NCBI RefSeq assembly: GCF_009914755.1
Contig: NC_060947.1
Source: the human T2T-CHM13v2.0 reference genome, Homo sapiens
Strand: one strand, 5' to 3'
DNA: 64,000 nucleotides
Position 1 is the first letter of the stretch, and each line of letters starts with the position of its first letter. Made by a program: the position numbers and the translations under genes. This document shows positions 11,778 through 28,194 of this stretch, one piece after another. The notes beneath the pieces are model-generated. The model was not told the DNA's origin. It saw only the letters and a program-made list of their open reading frames with translations, and ran no database searches.

Positions 11778-12156
11778 TGTCTAAATCTGCTCAGGCTGCC
11801 ATAACAGAGTACCATGGACTGGGTGGCTTAAATGACAGGAATTTATTTCTTGCACTTCTAGAGGCTGGAAATCTGAGATCAGGGTGCCAGCAGGGTTGGC
11901 CTCTGTCCTTGGTATGTAGATGGCTGTCTACTACCCAAGAGTCTCACATCGTCTTTTCTCTGTGAGTGTCTGTGTTCAAACTTCCTGCTCTTATAAGCAC
12001 ACTTGTTATATTGTACTAGGGCCCACGATAAAGACCTCATTTCAGTTTGATTACCTCTGTAGAAACCCTGTATCAAAATACAGTCACATTCTGAGGTACC
12101 GGAGGTAAGAATGTCAACATTTGAATTTTGGGGAGGACACAACTGAGCCCATAACA
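11778..12156 (-). mobile_element. MLT1A/B-type solo LTR with perfect 5-bp TSD
   Basis: TG...CA termini; ACTCT at 11773-11777 and 12157-12161; GGCTGCCATAACA...CAGTCACATTCTGAGGTAC body. Confidence 0.9.
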
Positions 12157-12497
12157 ACTCTGTAGCCTAAAAATTAAAATAACAATAGGCGCATGCCCTC
12201 ACTTGTGTTAAAAGCTGCAGTCTACACCCAGCACAACTGCCTGATGGGCACTTCACACTGTTAGTCACTCTGCCTTGGTCTGTCACTGTGCCCGGCTGCC
12301 TCTGCTGCTTGTTCTCCTTCATTGCCTGGGTGAATGGGAGGTCAGAGCTTGCAGGCAGGCATGCAAGTAGGCAAGGGGCTCCTTAAGAAGCAGAAGCCTG
12401 GAGGGCATCAACTCCCTGCACCACCACCCTGGCCGCTGCACAGCTGACCTGGTTCATGAGGGAAGGCCTCTGGGCTCTTTAGAAAGATAAAATTACT

Positions 12498-12947
<450 letters not shown>

Positions 12948-13354
12948 CTAAAGAAAGCAGAAGGTGGCCATCTGCCCTGAGCACTTCCCATGCACAACTG
13001 GACCAGCAGACAGAAACTGCAGCTCTGCCACCAACTAGATCTAAGATACTGGGCGAGGAGTCATAGTTCTCTACATCTAAGTTTCTTATCTATAAAATAA
13101 AGAAAAGGAAATCTATTCATTTGTGATCTGAAACCCCATGGAGTGGGTCCAGTCTACCAAACTCTGTTGGCTGGGCCCATGATGCCAGGCCATTCGGCAG
13201 GCCAGCTGAGGAGAGCTGCTTCTTCCATACACCTTGGGGAAAAGTTCAGAAGTTCCCAAGAAGGTAAGACAGTAGCTTTCTGCTTGCCTCACCCATTACA
13301 GGGACATACTCTCGATTGGCATCCAGAGGTCTGAAGCGGTTGTAGGATCTCTGA

Positions 13355-13714
<360 letters not shown>

Positions 13715-13784
13715 CTCAGATTTTTCTTCTTTTTTTTTTTTTTTACTACAACCCACAGTAAAAAATTCTCACCACAGCCCCTAA

Positions 13785-13787
<3 letters not shown>

Positions 13788-13819
<32 letters not shown>

Positions 13820-13825
13820 TCTCTC
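13788..13825. repeat. (CT)n microsatellite
   Basis: Near-perfect TC dinucleotide run. Confidence 0.92.
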
Positions 13826-13849
13826 CCGACACTGTGTACCTTCAAATTA

Positions 13850-14275
13850 TGTCAAATTATGTCCAGACCCATTGACAACATCTCAACACCTCCACTGCTT
13901 GCTTCCACCTTGGTCTAAGTCACCACCATCTGTCACATGGATTATCTCAGCAGCTTCCTAATTTGTCTCCTGGCTTCATCCCTTGCCCTCATTTAGTCAT
14001 TTTGCAACCTAGCAGTGAGAATGAGCCCATTACAAAGGTAGTCAGATTGTGTCACTCCTTGGTTCAAAACCCTCCCAGGGCAAACCTCAAAGGAAAAACT
14101 CAAGTCTTTCTGGGTGCCAACAAGGTCCTCTGTGCCTGGGCCCCTTGGACCTCACCTTCTACTGTTCTTCCCCTTGCTCCCCATGCCCCAGCCACACTCG
14201 CCTCCTTGTTACTTGGACATGCCAGAGCCTTTCCACTTGCTGTTTCCCCTGTCTGGGACACTTCCTCCCACCTCG
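13850..14275 (+). mobile_element. L2 LINE fragment
   Basis: CACCACCATCTGTCACATGGATTA...GTCAGATTGTGTCACTCC...CAAAACCCTCC...CCAGCCACAC. Confidence 0.75.
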
Positions 14276-16634
14276 TTGCCTGCTTCTGAAAAGGCTATGG
14301 GCTGTAGGAGGCACTCAACTGCTCTTTCAGGATTTATGGGGAAAGTTAGAGTTTCTTCCATGTAGGGCTCCCTGTGCCCACTTAAATCCCTGACCACAGA
14401 CTGCCAAAAGGGACTAGTGCCCACTCCTGGCAACTTCATCAAAAATCAGTTGGCCATACTAGTATGAGTTTATTTCTCGATGCTTTATTCTAATCCAGTG
14501 ATCTATGTGTCTATCCCTTTGCCAGTCCACACAGTCTCAATTACTGTAGCTATAGAGTAAGTCTTAACATGGAGAAATGTGATTTGTTGATTCTTTATTC
14601 TTTTTCAAATTTGTATTAGCTACTTTCCTTGCCTTTCTATATAAATGTTGGGAAATCTTGCTTGGATCTTGACTGGTATTGCATTTAATCTATACATCAT
14701 TTTTGGAGAGAATTCACATATTGATTTACACTAAACTAACAATCCATGACCATGGTATATCACTTTTCCATGATATACCCATTTTTCTTCAATTTTAAAA
14801 GACTTCTTTGATTTATTTCATCACTGTTTTGTACTTTTCAGCATATAGATCCTATACATATTTTTTTACATTTATGCCTGAGTAGTTCATTCTTTTAGAG
14901 CTATTATAAATTGTGTTGCTTTAAATTTTGTTTACAAGTGTACATTACTAGTGCATAGAATTACCATTTAGTTTTGTATGTTGAACTTCTATCTGCAACT
15001 TTGCTAAACTCACTTATTAGTTCTAAGGGTTTTTTTTTTTGCTTTTAGTTTTGTTTTTGTTTTGCAGATTTCTTGGGATATTCTGTGTCGACAATCATGT
15101 TGCCTGCACATAGGCACAATTTTATATCTTCATTTCCAATATATACACCTTTTATTTCTTTTTCTTGACTTACTGCACTGCTTAATGCACTGGTGTTGAA
15201 CTGGAGGGGTAATTGTGGTCATTCTGGCCTTGTTTCTGATCATAGGGAGAAAGTATTGCATTTTTTGCCATTAAATATGATGTTAACTCTAGGTTTTTTG
15301 TAGATGCTCCTTTATCGGGCTAAGGGATAGTTCTTTTGCTTCTAGTTTTTTTTTTATCGTGGATGAATATTGAATTTTATTAAGTGCTTTTTTCTGCATA
15401 AATTGTTATGATCTTGTGGTTTCTTTCTTCTTTAAGTTGTCAATATTGTGAACTACTCTATCTACTTTTGAATACTGCATTTCTAAGATAAACCCCTCTT
15501 GGTTGCTTTATTGTTTTCTATATTGATGGATTCAATTTTCTAATGTTTCACTGAGAATTTTTGTGTCTATGTTCATGAGAGGTATTAGTGTGTAACTTTC
15601 CATTATTTAAATTCCTTTGTCTGGCTTTGTTATCAGGGCAATGTTGGACTTATAAAATGAGCTGGGAAGTGTTCCATCTTCTACTGTTTTCTGAAGAGAT
15701 TTTAAAGAACTGATGTTATTTCTTCTTTAAATGTTTGGTAGAATTTACCATCTGGGCCTAGAGATTTCTTTTTGAAAGGTTTTTAACTATGAATTTAATT
15801 TATTTAATAGGTAAAGGATTACTCAGGTTATCTATTTTATCTTGGCTGAGTTTTGCTAATTTGTGATTGACAAGAAATTGGTCGATTTCATCCAAGCTTC
15901 TATGTAGACAACCATCTTGCTGGCATGTAAGAACAATTTTATTTCTTCCTTTCCAATATATTTGCTTTTTATTTCTTTTTCTTGACTTACTATACTGAAT
16001 AATTCACTGGTGTGGAATTGGAAGGGAGTAATTGTGGTCATTCTTGCCTTGTTGCTGATCATAGGGAGAAATTCATGTTGAATTCATGTACATAGAGTTG
16101 TTCAGATTATTTCCTTATTATCCTTTTCATGTTTGCAAGGTCTATAATGATAGTCTTCTTTCCTTCCTGATATTGGTAATTTGTGTTTTCTTTCTCTTTT
16201 ATTCTTTGTCAGCCTTGCTAGAGATTTATCAATTCTATCAATCTTTGCAAAGCTCCAGTTTTTGGTTTTGTTGATTTTATCTATTATTTATTTGTTTTCA
16301 ATTTTATTGATTTCTGCTCTTAACTATTTTCTTTCTTCCATTTGATTAGGGTTTATTCTGTTCTTTTTCTAATTTGTTAAAATGGGAACTGTTTGTTATT
16401 ATTCAAGACTTTCTTCTTTTCTTTTTTTTTAATTATACTTTAAGTTCTAGGGTACATGTGCACAACGTGCAGGTTTGTTACATATGTATACATGTGCCAT
16501 GTTGGTGTGCTGCACCCATTAACTTGTCATTTACATTAGGTATATCTCGTAATGCTTTCCCTCCCCCTCCCCCCACCCCACAACAGGCCCCAGTGTATGA
16601 TGTTCCCCTTCTTGTGTCCAAGTGTTCTCATTGT

Positions 16635-20458
<3,824 letters not shown>

Positions 20459-20521
20459 TATGATGTTAGCTGGTTATTTTGCTCATTAGTTGATGCAGTT
20501 TCTTCCTAGCCTCGATGGTCT

Positions 20522-21531
20522 TTACAATTTGGCATGTTTTTGCAGTAGCTGGTACTGGTTGTTCCTTTCCATGTTGAGTGCTTCCTTCAGGAACTCTTTT
20601 AGGACAGGCCTGGTGGTGACAAAATCTCTCAGCATTTGCTTCTCTGTAAAGGATTTTATTTCTCCTTATGAAGCTTAGTTTGGCTGGATATGAAATTCTT
20701 GGTTGAAAATTCTTTTCTTTAAGAATGTTTAATAATGACCCCCACTCTCTTCTGGCTTGTAGTTTCTGACGAGAGATTAGCTGTTAGTCTGATGGGTTTC
20801 CCTTTGTGGGTAACCCGACCTTTCTCTCCAGCTGCCCTTAACATTTTTTCCTTCATTTCAACTTTGGTGAATCTGACAATTATGTATCTTGGGGTTGCTC
20901 TTCTCAAGAAGTATCTTTGTGGTGTTCTCTGTATTTCCTGAATTTGAATGTTGGCCTGCTTTGCTAGGTTGGGGAAGTTCTCCTGGATAATATCCTGCAG
21001 AGTGTTTTCCAACTTGGTTCCATTCTCCCCGTCACTTTCATGTTCACCAATCAGATGTAGACTTGGTCTTTTCACATAGTCCCATATCTCTTGGAAGCTT
21101 TGTTCATTTCTTTTTGTCCTTTTTTCTCTAAACTTCTCTTCTCGCTTCATTTCATTCATTTGATCTTCTATCACTGATACTGTTTCTTCCAGTTAATTGA
21201 ATCAGCTACTGAAGCTTGTGCATTCATCACGTAGTTCTCGTGCTATGGTTTTCAGCTCCATCAGGTCATTTAAGGACTTCTCTACACTGGTTATTCTAGT
21301 TAGCCATTCGTCTAATCTTTTTTCAAGGTTTTTAGCTTCTTTGCGTTGGGTTCGAACTTCCTCCTTTAGCTCGGAGAAGTTTGATTGTCTGAAGCCTTCT
21401 TCTCTCAACTCGTTAAAGTCATTCTCCGTCCAGCTTTGTTCCGTTGCTGGCAAAGAGCTGTGTTTCTTTGGAGGCAGACAGGTGCTCTGATTTTTAGAAT
21501 TTTCAGCTTTTCTGCTCTGTTTTTTCCCCAT
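20522..21531 (-). pseudogene. ORF1: L1 ORF1 (RNA-binding chaperone), disrupted
   Basis: Starts MGKKQSRKAENSKNQS; in-frame TGA at 21202-21204 and a TAA three codons later; further frameshift near 20760. Confidence 0.93.
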
Positions 21532-22555
21532 CTTTGTGGTTTTATCTACCTTTGGTCTTTGATGATTGTGACATACAGATGGGGGTTTGGTGTGGATGTC
21601 CTTTCTGTTTGTTAGTTTTCCTTCTAACAGTCAGGACCCTCAGCTGTAGGTCTGTTGGAGTTTACTGGAGGTCCACTCCAGACCCTGTTTGCCTGGGTAT
21701 CAGCAGCGGAGGCTGCAGAACAGCGAATATTGCTGAACAGCAAATGTTGCTTCCTGATCGTTCTTCTGGAAGCTTTGTCTCAAAGGGGTACCTGGCCTTG
21801 TGAGGTGTCAGTCTGCCCCTACTCGGGGGTGCCTCCCAGTTAGGCTACTCGGGGGTCAGGGACCCACTTGAGGAGGCAGTCTGTCAGTTCTCAGATCTCA
21901 AACTCCGTGCTGGGAGAACCACTACTCTCTTCAAAGCTGTCAGACAGGGACATTTAAGTCTGTGGAGGTTTCTGCTGCCTTTTGTTCAGCTATGCCCTGC
22001 CCCCAGAGGTGGAGTCTACAGAGGCAGGCAGGCCTCCTTGAGCAGCGGTGGGCTCCACCTGTTTGAGCTTCCTGGCCACTTTGTTTACCTACTCAAGCCT
22101 CAGCAATGGTGGGTGCCCCTCCCCCAGCCTTGCTGCCGTCTTGCAGTTCGATCTCAGACTGCTGTGCTAGCAATAAGCGAGGCTCCGTGGGCGTGGGACC
22201 CTCCAAGCCAGGCGCAGGATATAATCTCCTGGTGTGCCGTTTCCTAAGACCATTGGAAAAGTGCAGTATTAGGGTGGGAGTGACCCGATTTTCCAGGTGC
22301 CATCTGTCACCCCTTCCCTTGGCTAGGAAAGGAAGTTCCCTGACCCCTTGTACTTCCCGGGTGAAGCGATGCCTCGCCCTGCTTTGGCTCATACTCGGTG
22401 GGCTGCACCCACTGTCCTGCCCCCACTGTCCGACGAGCCCCAGTGAGATGAACCCGGTACCTCAGTTGGAAATGCAGAAATCACCTGTCTTCTGCGTCGC
22501 TCATGCTGGGAGCTGTAGACTGGAGCTGTTCCTATTCGGTCATCTTGGAGCTGCC
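21532..22555 (-). promoter_or_regulatory. L1 5'UTR internal sense promoter and antisense promoter region
   Basis: About 1 kb L1PA 5'UTR upstream of the ORF1 ATG. Sense and antisense promoter function is established for this family but not shown for this copy. Confidence 0.7.
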
Positions 22556-22573
22556 TCTTCTTTTCTACTGTAA
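22106..22573 (+). CDS. ORF0: L1 antisense ORF0 homologue, open for 155 codons; expression unproven
   Basis: GCAATGG start; MVGAPPPALLPSCSSISDCCASNKRGSVGVGPSKPG...RVGVTRFSRC matches the ORF0p N-terminus; no stop until TAA 22571-22573. Confidence 0.4.
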   Translation: MVGAPPPALLPSCSSISDCCASNKRGSVGVGPSKPGAGYNLLVCRFLRPLEKCSIRVGVTRFSRCHLSPLPLARKGSSLTPCTSRVKRCLALLWLILGGLHPLSCPHCPTSPSEMNPVPQLEMQKSPVFCVAHAGSCRLELFLFGHLGAASSFLL

Positions 22574-22946
22574 GCATGTAATGCTATAAATTTCCCTCTG
22601 AGTCCTGCTATAGTTACATTGTACAAATTTCAATATGTTTTATTTTTATTTTCGTTCATTTGAAACATTTTTCAATTTCCCCTCCTATTTCCTCTTTCAC
22701 CTATGGATTATTTAGAAGTACCGTGTTAACTTTTCCAGTGTTTGGAGCTTTTCCTCTTATCTTTCTATTATTGATTTCTAGTTTAATTCCATTATGGTTT
22801 GAGAACATACATTGGATAATTTCACTTCTTTTAAATTTGTTAAGATTTGTTGTACATTGTTTATCTTAGTGAATATTTCATGTTCACTTGAAAAAAATGT
22901 GTGCCCTGCTGTTATTGAGGGGAATATTCTTCTAAATGTCATTTAG

Positions 22947-23244
22947 GGCCAGGCACGGTGGCTCCCACCTGTAATCCAAACACTTTGAGAGGCTGAGGTG
23001 GGCAGATCACTTGAAGTCAGGAGTTCGAGAGTAGCCTGACAAACATGGTGAAACCTCATCTCTGCTAAAAATTCAAAAATTAGCTGGGCATGGTGGTACA
23101 CACCTGTAATCCCAGCTACTCAGGAGGCTGAGGCAGGAGATTTGCTTGAACCTGGGAGGCAGAGGTTGCAGTGAACTCTGAGATCATGCCACTGCACTCC
23201 AGCATGGGAGACAGAGTGAGACTCTGTCTCAAAAAAAAAAAAAA
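22947..23244 (+). mobile_element. AluS (Sz/Sx-type) nested in the old L1M
   Basis: GGCCAGGCACGGTGGCTC...GATCACTTGAAGTCAGGAGTTCGAGA...poly(A); degenerate TSD AAATGTCATTTA / AAAAGTCAATTA. Confidence 0.92.
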
Positions 23245-23863
23245 GTCAATTATATCCAGTTGGTTGACATTGTTTAGTTCTTCTACATGCTTGCTGATTT
23301 TTTGCCTATCAGTTCTATTACTGAAAGAGAAGTGTTGAAAAATTTCTAACTATAATTGCTTATTTGCCTATTTTTCTTTTTAGTTCTGTCAGTTTTTGCT
23401 TTATATAGTAGAAACTCTTCTGTTAGGTGCATGCACATGTGGCACTGTTATGTCTTCTTGGCAAATTGAGCCTTTTTTTGTTATATAATGTCCGTCTTGA
23501 TTCCTGGTAATTTCCTTTACTCTGAGGTCTCCTTTATCTGTTCATTAATAGAACAACTCCAGCTTTCTTTTGATTAGTGTTTGCATGGTACATCTTTTGC
23601 CTCCTTTCACTTTTAACCTACCTATATCATCATATTTGAAATGAGTTTCTCGTAGACAGCATATAGTTGAGTCAAGTTTTTCTTTTATTAATCAATTCTA
23701 ATCATCTTTCTTTAAATTGGTGTGTTTAGATCACATATATTAATGTAACTACTTATATTTAGATTAATTCTACCATTTTATTATTTGGTTTCTGTTTGCT
23801 ACCTCTATTTTTGTTTTTCTGTTTCCCCTTTCTTGCCTAATTTTGGGTTATGTGAATATTTTT

Positions 23864-24129
23864 TAAATTTTTTATTTTTGGAAAAAATTTTGACTTATAG
23901 AAAAGTTGCAGTGATAATATAGGAAGTTATTGTAGACTCCTCACTTACTTTCCCCTAATGTTAGTATGTTATATTACTATGGTACATTTGTCAAAATTAA
24001 GAAAACAATAATTGGTACATTATCATTAACTAAACTCAAGCCTGCTTGGATTTTGCCAATTTTTCTACTCATATCATTTTTTCTATTCTGAGATTCAATC
24101 CAGTATACCACATTGTATTCAGTCACAGT
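23864..24129 (-). mobile_element. L1MC4/5-like 3'-end fragment nested in the old L1M, with TSD
   Basis: GACTTATAGAAAAGTTGCA...CCCCTAATGTTA...CAATCCAGTATACCACATTG; flanks GTTATGTGAATATTTTT (23847-23863) and GTTATTTGAACATTTTT (24130-24146). Confidence 0.7.
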
Positions 24130-26234
24130 GTTATTTGAACATTTTTAATATTCAGTTTTATCTATTGTGATTTTAGCTATATTTCATATAGTTATTTTAG
24201 TGGTTTCTCTAGGGATTACAAAATACATATGTGCTTAACTTTTCACCATTAACTTAGAATCAATGTTTTGCTACTCAATTAGAATATAGAAAACATATCA
24301 CAATTTAGGACTCTTTACCCTCTCCCTTTTGTACTATATTTGTCGTATATATATTACATCTACTTACATTAAAATCTCCAGAAGACAATGTTATAATTTT
24401 TGCTTTTGATGACCAAACATATGTTAAATATCTCAAAATCAAAAATAATCTATTACATTTACCCAGATATTGACCATTTTTGTTGCTCTTACTTTATTTC
24501 TAATATTCCAAGTTTCCTTCTTTTATTTCTCTTTTTTTTGAAAAACTTATTTTAGCAGTTCTTTTAGAGCAGATCTACTGGTTATAATTCTCTTAGTTTT
24601 CTATCATATACAGATATCTTTATTTCACCTTTATTCATTCCTAAAGCTTATTTTTGCTCAATTTGGAATTGCGCTGACAGTTTTTTTTTTTCTTTCAGCA
24701 CTTTAAAAATGTTGTGCTGCTTCCTTCTGGCCTCTATCATTTGTAATGCGCTAACCATGGTCATTCAAATTGCTGTCCCTCTATAGGGAATGTGTTGTTT
24801 TTCTTGGGCAGTTTTCAAGAGTCTTTCTTCATCTTTACTTTTCAACAGTTTATGATGTGTCTAGGTATAGATTACTTTGGGTTTATCTTACTTGTGGTTC
24901 AGTCAGTTTCTTGAATATGTAGGTTTATGTCCTTTGCTAAACTTGAGAAATTTTCAGCCATTATTTCTTCAAATAATTTGTCAGCATTTCACTCTTCCCC
25001 CTCCTCTCTGGGTCTCTGATGACATTAATGTTAAATCACACAGGTCCCTGATGTCCTATTCATTTTTTTCAGCCTGTTCTCTATTATTCAGATTGTATAG
25101 TTTCTATTGATCTATCTCCACATTCACAGACTTTTTGCTCTCTTATTGAGTCCATCCTGTAAGTTTTTAAATTTCAATTATTTTATTTTTCAGTTTTGAA
25201 ACTTCCATTGGTTCTTCTTCATAGCTTCTATTTCTTTACTGAGACTTTCTGTTTTAGGATTTGTTCCAAGAGTGTTTGCAATTGCTTACTCGAACAATTT
25301 TTAAGTATCTGCTTTGAAATATTTATCTGATAATTCCAACAAGTGCTTCAATTCATCATTGGCATCCGTTGATTGTCTTTTCACATGTAAGTTGAAATTT
25401 TTGTGGTTCTTTTTATGCTGAGTAATTTGAAGTTGTTTCCTGAATATTTTGAGTATTATACTATAAGACCCTGGGTCTTGATTAAATTTTATGGAGGATA
25501 TTGATATTTTTGTTTTAGCAGGCACTTGATCTAGTTAGGATAAGGCTGCAAATTACCATCCCCCTTCTTTGGGTTATGGTTCCTATGTCAGTTCAGTTTT
25601 CTAAGGCTCTGTAGTGCACTTCAGATTTGTCTTGGGTGTGGACCATCCAGTGGCCTGTCTGGGATCTGGGCAGTGATCTATGTCTTAGTTCAGTTCTCAA
25701 AGTCTTTGGTATGCTAATTAGGATCAGAACCATGCATATGCAGTTTGAGGGTGACTGGAAATAAAATTTCGAGAACTTTTTGGTTGGAGAGTGACACAAT
25801 GAAGTAGGAGAACATTCTAAAGCAAAGATGTGCTGGCATCTCTAGATAAAACAGAGCCATCCTATGGTGTCAGGAATCTCAGAAATGAGGGTTATTTTAT
25901 CCCCATTACAGATGCTACACAACTGGTCCATAAGCAGTGATATCAGTGGAGGTCTTTGGCAGCTAAATAGAAAAAGAGAAGAATTAATTATCATATAATA
26001 CAATCAATCCATAAGTCCTTCCATTCATAGATACCAGATTGGGGTTCTCAAACATCTCTCAGACCACTATTCCATGGCTCCTTTTTTCTCTGTAGCCTAG
26101 GTAAACTTGAAAATAAGTGTCACCTTACTGTCATCTGAAGATAATTTTGCATGTTTCGATCTGGCTGTTTTTGTTTTCAAGGAAAAAAAAAACACACTGA
26201 AGGGATTTTCTTAAGAAATTATCTTAACCATTTA

Positions 26235-27068
26235 ATGTTGAAGCAACCTAGGTCTGAGTCCTTGGTCCTTCCATTCTCAATCACCAATCACAATTTTAGT
26301 GATTCAATCTAGTCTCATTACCTTAAACAGAATACATACACTAATATCTCCCACATTTTTACCTCTAGCCCAGTCTTCCCCCTTTGACTCCAGAATTGCA
26401 CATCCAAATCAAAACTCAACACTTCACTTGAATACATGCTAGGTACATGAAAATTAAAATGTTCCAAATTGCAGTCACCCTGCTTCTGCCCTTGTAATGT
26501 AGTCTATTCTTGGCACATCAGCCAGAGTGATCCTTTAAAACCTAAGCTCAAGTAAATCCCTTTGCTCAGAACCCTCCATCTCACTCAGACTGAAGACCCA
26601 AGTCTTATAATGGCCTACCGAGACCTTCACAATCTGGCCTCGCTAGTTTCATCTCATACTTCTAGTCTCCCTTGCTCATTTGGTTCTGGCCACATTGGCC
26701 TCTTTGCTGTTCCCCTAATACCCCAGAATATTCCTACTTCATGGCCTTTGCACTGGCCATCTTGCTCCTTGGGACTGTCTTTCCAGCTATTCATAAAGCA
26801 GGCTCCCTCACCTGTTTTCTTTTTAGTGAGACTTTCCATGACCACCTAACCTAAATCTGCAACCTCGTCTTTGCCTTTCTCTGCATTACTTTTCTCCTAC
26901 CATATTATCTAACATATTATATAATGTACTTACTCATTAATTCTCTAGAATATGAACTCCATGAGGGCAAGTGTTTCGGTTTTTTTTTCCTCTGTCATGT
27001 TTCCTGCTGTATGATCAGGGCCTGACACATACTAGATGCTTGATAAATATATGTTAAAAGAATGAGTA
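26235..27068 (+). mobile_element. L2a-type LINE fragment reaching the 3' end
   Basis: RT-region remnant (GTCCTTGGTCC...CTCTAGCCCAG), body, and TAGAATATGAACTCCATGAGGGCA...GATAAATATATGTT...GAATGAGT tail. Confidence 0.8.
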
Positions 27069-28194
27069 AAAGTATTCCCTGGGCCTGCTTTAACCATAGG
27101 CTATAGAAGACAGAGGTTTTCGTGTTTTATTGAGTGCTTCCAAATGTGGACTACAAAAAGTTCCTGAGTATTTTTACAAGAGCAAATTCGATGTCATTGA
27201 TGGTGTAAGATCTTCTGCAAGAAATCAGTGGCTTAGACACCTGCTGTTACTGCATCCTCCTAGAATTGAGTATCAGAAATGCCAAAAGCGTGAGGTTCTG
27301 CACAGATTGACTCTTTGCAAGGTGTTGGAAACAGGTACCAAATTAGAAACTGAGAGCTTTGTACTTGGATTGATTCACAGGTTTCAGCATTTCAACTTCC
27401 CAAGTGCTGCTAGTTTCTGAAATATCTTGCAAATGGCCGCCCCAGCTCTTGCTGGTGTGTGCACGTGCACACACAGGCACACTCACGTGCTTTCCTACAC
27501 CAGGTGCTGCTCCAACAAAACTCAATCCTCATCCCAGCTTAAGTCTGGAGGGCTGAGATGATTGTTTTAAGGAGGCTGTTGCCAGGACAGAATTTTCCAA
27601 GCTTCCCAGTTCCCAAGGGAATGAGGTGTGTCTGATGTTGTCCACAGTTCCCTCCCACATCTGACAGCACAGAAATATTTCACTGCATCGTGGTGGTTTA
27701 AACAAGCATGACAAGATTGTGATTTCAAACCTGTATAAGTCACAGACACCTGAGCAATTGTGGCTTCTCTGCCATCTTACTGGCAGACAAGGTTAAGTAC
27801 CTGGTGATTCTTCAGTCTCAGAACTGGACCTCAGCCCTTTCTTCTCATCCACAATATGAGATTGGCCTGTATTTCCTTCTGAAACCTTTCCCTTTTTCAC
27901 CATGACCCTGTGTCCCCAGGAATCTAGCCCCAAAAGGCTGCAGAGCTCTGTGAAAGAAACTGTCTGCTGGATTTGTAACACAGAATGGTTATTTGAGGTG
28001 CTTTGTTTCTTATGTATCTGTGTTAAATGAGTTGTAGACACTATTGTAGAAGTAGAACCTGAGGAAAATTCGAGCCCTTTTTCTGTAAAACATACCTAAG
28101 ACTCACTATAGTGAATATAGTTTTATGGATACCAGAGACTACTGGAGCCCCAGGTTAAAAATATCACATCTACGGTGTCAATGACCTATCTTCT

